The notes beneath the pieces were generated by a model. That model did no database searches. It saw only the letters and a program-made list of their open reading frames with translations, and had not been told where the DNA came from. 64,000 bases of DNA from Podarcis tiliguerta (Eukaryota): assembly GCA_965153285.1 (NCBI GenBank), contig OZ229112.1; one strand, 5' to 3'. Below are positions 40,401 to 52,231 of this stretch, piece after piece. Position numbers and translations under genes: made by a program. Position 1 is the stretch's first letter; each line of letters starts with the position of its first letter.

Positions 40401-42699
40401 TCTTGTATGCTGTATAGTGATGCAATGAACTGCAGTGTGTTTTCTCCCATTGCCAACAGTTTGCTGGCTCCTGCCACGTGTGGGTAGCATGTGGGTGCTA
40501 TAGATGACACCATTTCCAACTGGAGGGCTTTGGCAGTGTTCTTTTGGACACTGGGGTTATATCTGTCATTTTTATGCTGTTTTGAATTTTCCAGTTGTGG
40601 GTTTCTTACCCTCCCCTCCCCACATGGACTTAGTAAACATGAGATATGTTGGCTGTAACAGCAGTATATCTCCAGACCTGAGGTTATGTGAGTATAGGAT
40701 TGCTCCGATAACCTTTCTCATTTTCCCCCAACATTATGATTTCTTATTAAAGGCTTGCTGAACAGCTGGGGAAAATATTCAAGCTTTTGAAATTGTGTTA
40801 GAGCTTCAAATACATGCATACATTTGGTTTGGATTTTCTGTGCCTCAAGGAACCATTTATAGGACCAAAACAATGTAAGCGATAGTAATCTCAGAGCATT
40901 CTAGTTTGTTAGGCTGCAAATTCTGCATGATCTTGAATTATTCTGGCCACATAAAAGGATCCCTGAGGAGAAGGGAGGGAGGAAATGCATACAAAACAGG
41001 AACATGGATCCATATAACAAACTACTCCCCTGACAATGCAATGTTTGCTGTCTATTTCTGTATCTCTCTTTTGCATCCTAGTTTTACAGCTTTTAAAGAA
41101 AGAGTCCAGTGTTCAACTGTTTATTTTTCAGCTATGTCCTACTGACTGACTGACTGTGTGGGGCATTTAGCACTGACATTGTATAAAAGTCTGGAATACC
41201 AACTATGGAGTAGATCAAAGACTCGGAAGAAGTGTGAAGGGAAAAGCCTAAGTAAATGTATATACACCATTGTATAAACACAAGCAGCCCTATAGAGACA
41301 ACTGATCCAGAGTCTGGGAGAAAGGAGCAGGCTCAAAGCAGCAAGCTCCATCTCTTACTTTACTTGGGTTCAGAAGAATGTGAGAACACACAGGCAGTGT
41401 ACAGACAAATCAACTGCGCATGAGCTTGTCTCCTATCACTGGGGACCCTGCTATATACCCAATCTCTCATATAATTTGTGTGGGCGTATTATTATTATTT
41501 TCATGTACTCCCCTTCAACCAGCTTTCAGGGCAGCATACAAAAAGTTTAAATCACAATCAAACAAATTAAAACAAGAATGTAAAAATACCACAACATAAA
41601 ACAGCAGTATAAAACCAGTCTGCAAAAAAAACAAAAAACAACCCCCCCCCCAAAAAAAACCCCGGAACAGCATAAAAACAAAGGATAGAAATTAAGGGTG
41701 CTTTTCAGAAAGGTGCTCCTCACACATGCAATTTATTTCATCTACATGGTGTCATTGTCATTAAAATGTCATCCTGTATTTCCCCCTGTTTAATCAAGAT
41801 GAACCCTTTCCAGGAAAAATCCTGTAATAATAAAGCCTGTTGTCAATGACTAGTTTGTGATAGCTCAATCCTAAACTGCCACCTGGAAGCTCTTTAAAAG
41901 TCTGGAAAAAATACAAAGGTCTTAGGTGCCGCAATGCCATCATTCCACAGCTGGGGTGCCACTACTGAGAAGACCCTTTCCCCTGGAGCCACAGTCGTGC
42001 CTCATGAAGGGCTTTAAATAGCAAACTCAGCATTTTGAATAGGTGAGTGTTCCTGTTCCACTGAACATGCATAAATTCAGAACAGAGCCTGCTGCCAAAT
42101 GCAATCACTGTCCCTGGATCAGTTGTCTGAAGGGGGTGTGATGTATAGCTATCAGTTACTGAAATTTAAAGACAGAAAATATAACATCTTTGCATCTTTA
42201 GTGCAACATTAGAATGCACTAGAACATGAGTAGCATAATATTGCAATCTTCAGTAAGTTAAAAAAGATACTTGTTAAATTCTGATGTCAGATGTGCAACA
42301 TGCATTAATGCGGAATAAACGACATTCCTAGGTCTGCATTAAAAGTCACTGACATGGATTAAAATGCATGCTTCACTATAAGGTGTGGCTTAAATGGCTG
42401 GAAGAAATCCACATTCTAACAACACTTTAACCCAATCTAGTATGGATTCCCAAGAAATACTGAGCATCCACATTAACAGATATTGGTATTTATTGTCCTG
42501 GAACATGTTCAGCAAGAAATCAACAAGGCATGGATCAGCAAGTATGAACTAAACAAATCAGAAGATTTAATGTTATATACCTTTCTGTCTGATTTACTAC
42601 ATCTGAAGCAAGTCCCACTGATTTTCACGGGACTTCCTCTCCAGTAAGTGAATTTAGGCTGGCAGTGTTCAACCAGCTCCGAATCACATTACTCTGAAA

Positions 42700-42945
42700 T
42701 ACTACTACTACTACTACTTTTATTATTTATACCACACCCATCTGGCTGGGTTTCTCTAGCCACTCTGGGCGGTTCACAGCAGAATAGTAAAAAGATGATA
42801 AAACATCAAACATTAAAAACTTCCCTATACAGGGCTGCCTTCAAATGTCTTCTAAAAGTCAGATAGTTGTTTATTTCCTTGACATCTGATGGGAGGGTTT
42901 TTCACAGGGTGGGTGCCACTACCGAGAAGGAACTCTGCCTGGTTC
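42700..42945 (-). mobile_element. L2 LINE 3' end with (TAC)n tail
   Basis: tttataccacacccatctggctggg...gggagggtttttcacagggtgggtgccactaccgagaagg; the reverse complement of its terminus recurs at 49857-49880. Confidence 0.85.
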
Positions 42946-43002
42946 TAATAAGATTTATTTCCAAGAATATAGAATTGAGGCATTAAGGTATACTCCTACA
43001 AA

Positions 43003-43768
43003 TGGGATCCTCATAACAGAGGGTCCTGATTGTGTGCGGGACCCAAGAGCTCACCTGACAGGGTTAAAATGGAGGGAAGGAGAAAGGAGTCCTGGCCATT
43101 CCTCTGGGATCACGCCAGGCGATTTTAGCCAATAGCCAGTGGGCGGCATGATCCCAGGGGCTTTAAAAACAGCAGTGTGACTCAAGGAGGGGTACTTGCT
43201 TCGCACTGTTGACCACCTGCCCACCGTCCTTAGTTTAGGTAGAGTCGCTTGACCTTGCTTCGGTTGGGTCACCTGTTTTGGAACAGGGGCTGGGTAGGAA
43301 TTTTTCCGTTTGGCAGATTGGCTTTAGCCATTTGGTTTTTGCCTACCCCTTAGCAAATCGTCACAACTTGTAAGGTGGCAGTTAGGCATTGGCTCAGTTG
43401 GACTGTGGGGAGGGGAGGTGCGGCCATCACCTGCCCCTCCAGGAACTGGGTATTCCGTTAAAGGAATCTGGGGGTCCTGGATCTCGTCCGAAGTCCGCTT
43501 GAGGGGCTAAGGCCATGCCAGGACCACAGGAACCCCGGGGTGAGCTTAGGTTGGTCCTCATCGACCATGCTCCCTCATTTGGTTTACTCCATTGGACGAT
43601 CACCCTGAGAGGTGGAGTCAGTTATAGTGGGGGAGTCAATGCCTAAGCCAATACCGCTCACGTGATTGTATTTCAAAAAAGTTGTGGCCAAAATTTGCCC
43701 AAAAACTTAAACTAATATAAGTGTTAGTGTGTATTTATTTTGGGGGTGGGTCTTGGGGCCTCGAGACA
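43003..43768 (+). mobile_element. LTR-like insertion (766 bp, TG...CA, 4-bp TSD CAAA)
   Basis: caaa|TG...CA|caaa; removal restores ctcctacaaatacttacctggg. GC/CpG-richer than the flanks. CCAAT, GC box and TTTAAAA cluster at about 43128-43170; decayed polyA-like tcaaaaaagttgtggcc near 43675. Confidence 0.75.
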
Positions 43769-46700
43769 CAAATACTTACCTGGGAATAAGCCCAAGTGAA
43801 CTCAGTAGATAGACTTCTTTATAAAGATATTAATTTATTACTAAATTAATATTTGATTATTGACTACTTTTATTAAGGTACTTCACCACAACAGTCACAA
43901 GGTGAAGTATTCCTCAAGATCTGATTTCATAGTAGAAAAGGAGGATAGAAGTCACACAAAGCGCAGATCATGTTTTCTAATAGTAATTGTGGCATTAATA
44001 GTTCAGCTATTTTTTGGTGTTTGCTTCAAATAAAACAAGGAGAAGAAAGCAAGGGAGGTGATGCAGAGTAACAAGCAGTAATGCAAAATACTGAAATGCA
44101 ACAAAAACTCTGCATTGGATTCTGCCTTCCTGACCCCCGCTTTAAGCCAAATATTGCTGCTTGGGGGAAGCCAGTGTGTACATCCAAAGATGGAGTCGTG
44201 AACATTGAAAGAAGACATTGCTCTTAGGAGCTAAGATGGCATTTGCATGGCCAATCACACTGTGCTTCTCTAGACAGTCATGGCAGTGTCTTCTGAATGC
44301 CCGGTTTGCATCAGCCCTTCATCCTCAGGCAGAGTAGAGCCCGGAGGGAAAGAATTCAGTGAAATAGTAAGTCTCTTCTTTTAATTTCATGTAACCTACA
44401 AATCCCACAAGGCTGCTGTTTTATTGATGACCCTCGAGAGCTTTTCACTAAGTAACTAAATATTTAATGATGTTTTCTAAAAAACATATTGAATTGTTGG
44501 AAATTCCTGACATAAAGCTTGTACTAGAGGAGTCAAATTGCTAGAGAGTTTAAACTGATTAAATGAATATTTCAAAGTAATAGAATTACTGTGCAATTTT
44601 AAGAAAATGTAGCTCTAATAAGATTTCCAAAAACACACACACACAAACAAGATGCTTGGGAAAGATTATATCCCACCCAGGAAAGATAGGTGTTGACATT
44701 TTAGTGGTTTTAAATTGCTGCAGCTAATAATGCCAATGACTTTAGGAAGACAAATGCTTTACGATATCAATATCTGCAGAGAGTGATGCAGAGAGAAAGG
44801 GACTGGGGCAACACAGACCTTGGGTTTCCTATTCCCTTAATGGGTCTCTTATCTCTACCCCATTATTACTTCCACAGAATTTCTCATAGAGATTTATATC
44901 CTATTTTGATACCTTGGCTCACCTTTGCTATTTCCCATCCACTTTCCATGACCCTCCCTTCTGTGCATCTACTCAGTTGAATCCTAACCCTAACCCTTAA
45001 AATAGTACCGGGGAACCTGTGTCCTGTGGCTACCAGGCCTCCACATTTGAGCCATGGCATGTTTTGGCCTAAAACTTGCCTTCCTGTCCATCTCGTGACA
45101 TCAGGCATAGGACTGGGATGGGTCAGCCCACAGGACCATGCAAAAAGGAGTAAGTGGAGGTTCGCTCTCAGTCCACTCCTGAGTATTTCCAGTTGATCCA
45201 GTACTTTTTGAATTTGGCAGCCTTTTCCATGACCCTGTCAAAGTGGGCCATGGAGGGTGGGGCAGTTATGGATCCAGCCCACTAGCTGGATCAAATTTCC
45301 CACTGCTGCCTTAAAACTTACAGTTGCTGTTGCGTTTTTTAGTTTTGGCTCATGTAGCCTTTGTTCTACTCAAGTATCTCAGGCTTCCACAAACACTTCC
45401 TAGTGAGATTCAGGGGATTGTTTGGAAAGAGTAGCCCTTAAAATGATAATTTAAGTGCTAGACCCGTATATTGATGTTGCAGAATTTGTGATTACCTGGT
45501 GAGAATAGGAATTTCCCTAACCTGCTATGTAAAATAAATAAAAAGTTCCCTTAGAAGTTCTATAGCAGGTGTGGCTAACCTGTAATCCTGTTGTTGGATT
45601 CTAATTCTCACCAGACCCAGACAAGGTGGTCAGTGATGATGGAAGCTATAGCCCAACAATATCTGGAGGGCCACAAATTAGCCATGGAATATAAACTTTT
45701 TGAACAAGCACAGACCACTGTATTTAATGTACTATTTGGGTATGTTCTGGACACCAGGAGCTCCACATCATCTAATTTTTATAGGAAAATGAAGGTAACC
45801 AAGAGATTGAAACTGGCAGACATCATTCTCATGGCAGACATGCAGGATGGTGCCCAGACAAGTCATACCCCTGATCAGTTATGAATATCAATTATGAATA
45901 GCAATAATTGAAAGCATGTTGATTACTTGCCCTACACCTTTAAGACAGGTCAGGACGTAAACAACTGAACAGACAGGCAAATCAATTCAGACTGCACACA
46001 CTGGCACATTCTCTGATCATTAAAACATGATGTTTTATGTCAGACCGTGAACTACTGTTGAGAGTGAATTTCCTCATAGCAAACCCTAGGCTGCATGTAA
46101 AATGTGAGAGAGGAAAAGAGCAGCCTTAAGCAGTGGTGTAGTGATAAATTTTGAAGTTCAGGAATACATCATGAAAGCTTCTCCTCATAGCCATATTCCA
46201 AGGAAAGTCTAAAAATGAAGTTGGGTGTGTTATTCCCTTATCATACACAGAGAAAGCAGCTACAGTACATAACACAATATCTAATTTATTGGGATGAGAT
46301 GTCTGCACTCCTATGCATTGTTTTTTTTAAAAAATAAGCTCAACTGAATCCAGTGATGCTTACTTCTGACTGCATAGGTTCAACTTGCACAATGCATTGA
46401 ACTTCAACAAAACATCTTCAGCCAGCTAAAATGCAACCTTTTAAATTTTAATTTCAAATCCAAACAACCTTGTAAAGAAGTGCTGGTGTTTAAACTACTA
46501 GCATAAAGTAGGGTTCCCATCAAAAAGAAAGAAGCACCCAGACTTGGCTTGTCCATTTTCTTTATTCTCTGGCTTCCTCTACTCTCATTTATCACAAACA
46601 AACTTGAAAGTCCTCTTATTACCTCACTGACTCCAGAGCAAGTAGGACCCATGGATTAGCATGGTGCTCTGGCAGATGATGCCAACACATCTAGACACCC

Positions 46701-47239
46701 TCCTGCGTTGCTTTTCTATCACCCCTCTGGCCATAAGATATGCATGTATTCTGTTCCCAAATTTCATGCATTTTCCTTTAATCTCACATTTTTTTTTATT
46801 TTAATGACAACAGGGAAAGAATTTTGGTTTGATAATGAGAAAACCACATGTGGTTAAATCCAGCTAGTTTCTTAAATTTCTCCTGCTGAAATTAGTGCAA
46901 TTTCAGAGTGTTGAACTACGCATGTGGTTACTGAAATAGTCTAAACTGAATTTTTATGTATTCAGGATATAGCTAGATGACCTCTTCAGCAGACTGCTGC
47001 TGAAAATGGCAGTTCCATGGCAGTTTCACCCCTGCGCTTTCCTACAACATTTAGGAATACTTTTCTGTATCATGACATCATTACATTGTGCTCCACATAA
47101 ATGGCTGCTTCTGGCAGAGGTTGGGAAACAACACAGGTAAAGGTGTGCATAAATATTGGGGAGGGGGAGAGAACATGGAGCTTCCTCTTTTTGACCCCTG
47201 TGTGAGAAATATTGGCCACATTTGGAGATCACAGTAAAC

Positions 47240-47360
47240 CAGCTCATGAAGTTGCTGAACTACAACTCCCATCATCCATGATCATTGGGCATGCTTACTA
47301 GGGCTGATAGGAGTTGTAGTTCAGGAACATCTGGAGGGCCAAAGGTTCTCCACTCCTGGT
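47240..47360. mobile_element. Small palindromic hAT-like MITE; related copies at about 5290-5355, 45565-45685, 49725-49835 and 61850-61980
   Basis: ctgaactacaactcccatcatcc...gggctgataggagttgtagttcag hairpin followed by catctggagggccaaaggttctcc. Confidence 0.8.
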
Positions 47361-48383
47361 GTACCATACACAAGCCAACCCATTTGTGCTGCAGAGAAAC
47401 AAACCATAATCACTGGCTTGGGGTTGTGTCTGAAAGAGGGGATGTGCTTTGTTTCACTCCACAGAGATAAGCCAAGGTTTGTTTGGGAGTTACCGATCAT
47501 CATGTGTTTGAGCTAAATGAATCACAATCTCTGGTTCAGACATAAGCCAGGGGTTGCAGTTTGTTCCTCTCCAGCATGTGTTTGCTAGACTAACACAAAT
47601 ATTATCAGAAAGGAGTGAGTAAACTGTTCTTAATAGGAAGTGTATTTTTTATTTCTATGGTGGCTATGTTTTTGTCTGGCTATGATATTTACATTTATTT
47701 ATAAAGTTTGTCTATTGATATATGCTCATATATACAGGAGAAACTGGTCAGTGAAAATGCAAATAAAGATTAATTGATTGATATTGATAGCAAACTGAAC
47801 CAAAACAAGAGAAGTGATTAGGTAAAAAGCAAGATTATAGGAAGATAAGCTAAAGTTACTGCATTATGTTTATGTACTTCATTCCACTCAAGGGGGTTTT
47901 TCAGACACAACAAACCAGGAGAAACTCCAAGCATTTAACCCCTTTCCTTGACTATTTTTGACTGGAAGAAACATGAACTAACAAGTTTGAAATGAAACTG
48001 TTGCATTCTATTCTTGCCAAAACTGCTACAACAAATCTGAATAGTCACCTTACAAGAACTTTACTCACACATTAGTAGGGCAAGAATTAAGATGGGTGAG
48101 AAGCAAGAAACATGATCTTTGTGAAGTATTTTTAGAGGAAGTTTTGTTTTGTAGTGTTTCATTTCAGAAAGTAATTATTTTCTGTAGCTGCATTTTACCA
48201 TTTCCACCATTTGCTCCGAATTGTCATGGCCTAAGTTAAAATATTCTACCCCCTGTCCCCAACCCATTTCTCATTTTACAGTATGACAAAGTATTCAGAA
48301 TGATATTGGAGTGGGATGGATGAGTGAGATGGATGATATAAAAAATAGTTTCAACTGGCATGTAATAAACCTTTATTACTTAC

Positions 48384-48444
48384 AGCTGTCCTCTTCTTCG
48401 GTGATACATTTCACAACATAACAGGCGTAGATGAATCCTGCCAG
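48384..48444 (-). CDS. NKAIN2: NKAIN2 internal coding exon (third from last, 61 nt): LAGFIYACYVVKCITEEEDS + 1 nt
   Basis: Minus strand reads ctaattctgttcccttttgtttaAG|CTGGCAGGATTCATCTACGCC...GAGGACAGCT|GTAAGT. The translation matches the vertebrate NKAIN2 segment after the last TM helix as I recall it. Starts in phase 0, ends in phase 1. Confidence 0.97.
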
Positions 48445-49856
48445 CTTAAACAAAAGGGAACAGAATTAGATATACAGTAAAAGTGGCTGGAATTCTCAAC
48501 AATGGTGTGCACTTATAAGACAAAAACAATCTTCCCTGCATTTATTTATTTATTTTTGCTATGAAAATTGCAATACTTTAACATAATTATGCGTTTGCCG
48601 CAGTGATAAATATCCATAATGGCTGCATTGGTGTACTGCAATGCTGGAAAATTCTTTTCAGAATTCACTCATTTTTCCCCTTTCACTCAGAAATGAAATT
48701 CATATAGAAAATCAGTATACAATACTACCTCCCACTTTCCCAGTGAAGGCTTTTTCACATTGTAAAAAAATGCACCCTAACATTATTATACTATCCACGA
48801 CACTCCTGCTAGCCTGAATCTGGAGACAATAGTATCATATCTACGTGCATATAATGAATGAGTGAATGGCCTTGTTGTGTTGAGATCTGCCCCATCTTTT
48901 TATAAATATCTGCATGGCTGCATATTCCAGAAAAGAAGAGGGGCGGAGGAAATGCCAAGCTGCCAAAGAATCTTAAAAAATGCCCCCACAAGAAAACATT
49001 AAAGTGGCAAAGGAAAAACAATACTGCTGAAAGAGCAAAGTCTTGGGCCAGCCACCCAACTCAGCAGTGTCAGCCCCTCTGCCATTTGTAAAATGCTGAT
49101 AATAGGGTTACTGAAATGAAGCATGTGAATTGCTTTGAATACTTAAAAATGTTTGCTTAAGGAAGAACTATAAACCACTTAATTAAAAGAACCCTCTAAG
49201 AAATACACATACAACAATTATCAACAGTAAACATAAAATCGGCAGACATTAAAAACAAGTATACATAACAAAATTTTGTGCATGAATAGACTAGCTGAAA
49301 CAAAGAAGATGCTGCCACACTAAATGACCAACATATGCAGAACAAACATCATATGGCACTTCACCAAGTGCAAGATCCACAGGTAGAAGCAGTTGGCTAG
49401 GCATGTATGGGGCAAGTAAGCTTGTCTTAAGCTGGATATACTAACAGTAAAACTTTGAAACTGCCCAGAAACAAATTAGCAATCACTGCAGATTATTGAG
49501 CAGAGGTGTGACATACATAATATCCATTAGGTTCTATAGTGGAGGAATATATGTTCACTGAAGAATAAAAAAGCAACATCTAAAATCTTGAAGTTCTCCA
49601 AATGGTGAAGAAATTGGGCTGTGTGGCTCATCATTAGTAGTATCGCAAGGAATTTCAAATAGAAGCCTGTGATAGCTGCTTCAGCACATTCCCTTTGGGA
49701 ATCGTGCCAAAGGGAGGTACCGGTAGTCACCCTGGTGTCTTCCAGTTGCTGGGGACTCCAGTCCCCATCATTCCTGACTATTGGCTGGAGATGATGGGAG
49801 CTGGAGTCCAAAGCTTCTGGAGAGCACCATGTTGGCTGTCTTGCACATGATCTGAC

Positions 49857-49879
49857 CCAGCCAGATGGGCGGGGTATAA

Positions 49880-49925
<46 letters not shown>
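49857..49925 (+). mobile_element. Extreme 3' end of an L2 LINE with (TTA)n tail
   Basis: ccagccagatgggcggggtataaa followed by about 15 TTA units. Confidence 0.8.
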
Positions 49926-49926
<1 letters not shown>

Positions 49927-50185
49927 AGTAGTACCTCTAGATGCGAACGGGATCTGTTCCGGAGCCCTGTTCTCATCTAGAAGCAAACGTAACCCGTGTC
50001 CACACGTCTGTGCATGCGCGGGTCACATTTCGGCGCTTCTGCGCGTGTGCATGATGTCATTTTGAGCATCTGCGCATGCGCAAGCGGCGAAACCTGGAAG
50101 TAACGCACTCCATTACTTCCGGGTTGCCGCAGAGCGCAACTCGAATGCACTCATCCCTTAGCACATTCAACCCGAGGTATGACTG
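49926..50185. mobile_element. Tc1/mariner MITE (same family as 15685-15964) inserted in a (TTA)n tail
   Basis: TA|cagtagtacctc...gaggtatgactg|TAttattatt. Confidence 0.92.
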
Positions 50186-52089
50186 TATTATTATTGTAGG
50201 CTATCAATGCAGTGGAGTGTGAGAAAAACCTTCAGGCTCACAATCTCCTCCCCAGTGTTTACAACGTCATGATACTAGGCCTACGTGCACAGGCCCTGTT
50301 TGCAGTGTCACATAACCTCCCCTTGTTCTTACAGAGTGGGAGATGCACTACCACAGGGTTCACTCCTAGGTTCCTTGTGTAATGGACAACCAAGGCTATG
50401 TGCAAACATTTCCCAAGTGCTGGTAAAAAATAAGGGGTGAAATTAAGAGCTGCTGTTTTCTCACCCAGCAAAATTTGGTAGAATTATATGATTCTGCTTC
50501 ACATATTGCATCAGGGAAAATTGTTCCTTACAAATCACTGGCCATTTTGATCTTTCCTTTGATATTACTGAGATCAGAAGAACTTCCTATCACTTGGTTC
50601 TCTGCACCTGCATTTATTTCTACTAAAACTAGTACTACAGGATATGTTTTCTTCAACACTTTATAATGCTGACAACGATTCAAAGCTCAATAAGGCCTAA
50701 GTGTTAAAATGGCGTGCTCTACAAACAGAGCTTCTATTCTCTTTGATGCTTGGAAGACTTCATATGAGCAAGGTGGATGTGCAGACCAAGCTGTTCCTCA
50801 CATCAGGATGGGACATCCCTGCTCTTTTGGAGCCCTGCATGGATATTGCAGCTACTAGATAGGGCTGATCATTTTAATGGTGTATGATAGCAGAGTCACA
50901 TTTTGAACATAGTCACCAGCTGAGTTCTGTAGAACAGTACTTCCCAACCAGCATAAGGAGACTCACTGCTGTGGCTCAGCACAGCTTGTCAAGCATGCCT
51001 CAAAATAGATCCAATTATAATTGCTCACTGAAGCATCCTCTTCATTGCCATTTCTCAGCTGGTGATCAGCCCTAGATGGGTGTATAGAGGCTGGTCGGCA
51101 AAGCAATGGCACTTTTTGACCTTTTGGCCATTGCGCAGAAAATGTTCACATCTTTCTAACATAGCCATTGGCAAGAGTGCTAAATTAGCACAGTTGTGCA
51201 GTGAAAAGTGGTGGGAGACATCCCCAAGCTCACTAGGCTGAAAAATGTGAGAAATTCTGCTGTACAGCTTTAGGAATCATTTATTTATTATATTACCTGG
51301 CTTCAGCTAATACAGTGAGCACTTAGCAGACCTGAAATTTACCACAATTCCCATGCTAAACACTATGTGAATAAAAGTGTGTTAAAAGGTGTATGATCAC
51401 ATCTGACAGGTAAAGATATCAGTAAAGAAAAGAATGGGAATGAAATATAGTAAAAAACTAAAATGATGAGTCACATTTTCACAAACTCTGTACAGTATGT
51501 TGCTTCATTAATAGCCAGAGTACACAACTTTAAGATAATACACATCTAAACAAGGATCAGGATTACACAAGGTCTCCACCTGCCTTGTATGTTAATATCC
51601 AAAATGGCTAGCATGAATAATTTATTCCAGTTCTTGGATGATGCAAGTATTGATTCAATCACTTCTGAGGCATGAAATGCAATAGTACATTTGTGTTACA
51701 GTAGGCTGTCTTGCTAAGATAAAACCTACTTTCAGAGATCTCTTCATGCCAATCTGATTACAGACACAACATTGCCATTAAGTAATTATTGTTCACTATC
51801 AATATGCCCACCAGATGGTGGGAACAGGTATGGAAATGTGGCTTTAAAAATAGGTCAAAACTGAGGGCCAGTTTAGATGTGAAGACAGCAAACCCCTTTG
51901 TTCATGCCCAGCTCTGTCCCATCATGTATACATCAAGGGACAATTTTTAGAACAAAAGGGGCACATGGATGGGAATCCCAAACGCTTCCTGCCTGCAGCT
52001 TATCTCACAATGATCCGTAGATGAGCTTCAATAGCAGAAGTGGCTTCACCTTGTGGGAGTTGCTACGGAGGTGCTCTGCTTCACTGCAG

Positions 52090-52231
52090 TTGATCAACCC
52101 CCTTGAGCATTCTGTCTAAACTTTTTACAACTCTATAGTATCACTTTTGAGGCGAGGCAACCAGAACTGTACACAGTATTCCTAATGTGGTTGCACCACG
52201 TATTTGTATAGCAGCATGATGATATTGGCAG
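52090..52231 (-). mobile_element. Old CR1 ORF2 fragment
   Basis: ccagaactgtacacagtattcctaatgtggttgcaccac reads VQPHLGILCTVLV on the minus strand, a frameshifted version of CR1 VRPHLEYCVQFW. Confidence 0.7.

Noticed and set aside
41509-41524. 16-nt match to mature miR-133 (tccccttcaaccagct)
   Set aside because: The seed end differs, there is no complementary 5p arm or hairpin, and the context looks like a decayed LINE/SINE tail.
43772-43783. ATACTTACCTGG, identical to the 5' end of U1 snRNA
   Set aside because: No further U1 similarity; it is part of a dispersed repeat.
44281-44292. 12-nt match to the 5' end of miR-34a (tggcagtgtctt)
   Set aside because: Diverges immediately afterwards and I see no precursor hairpin.
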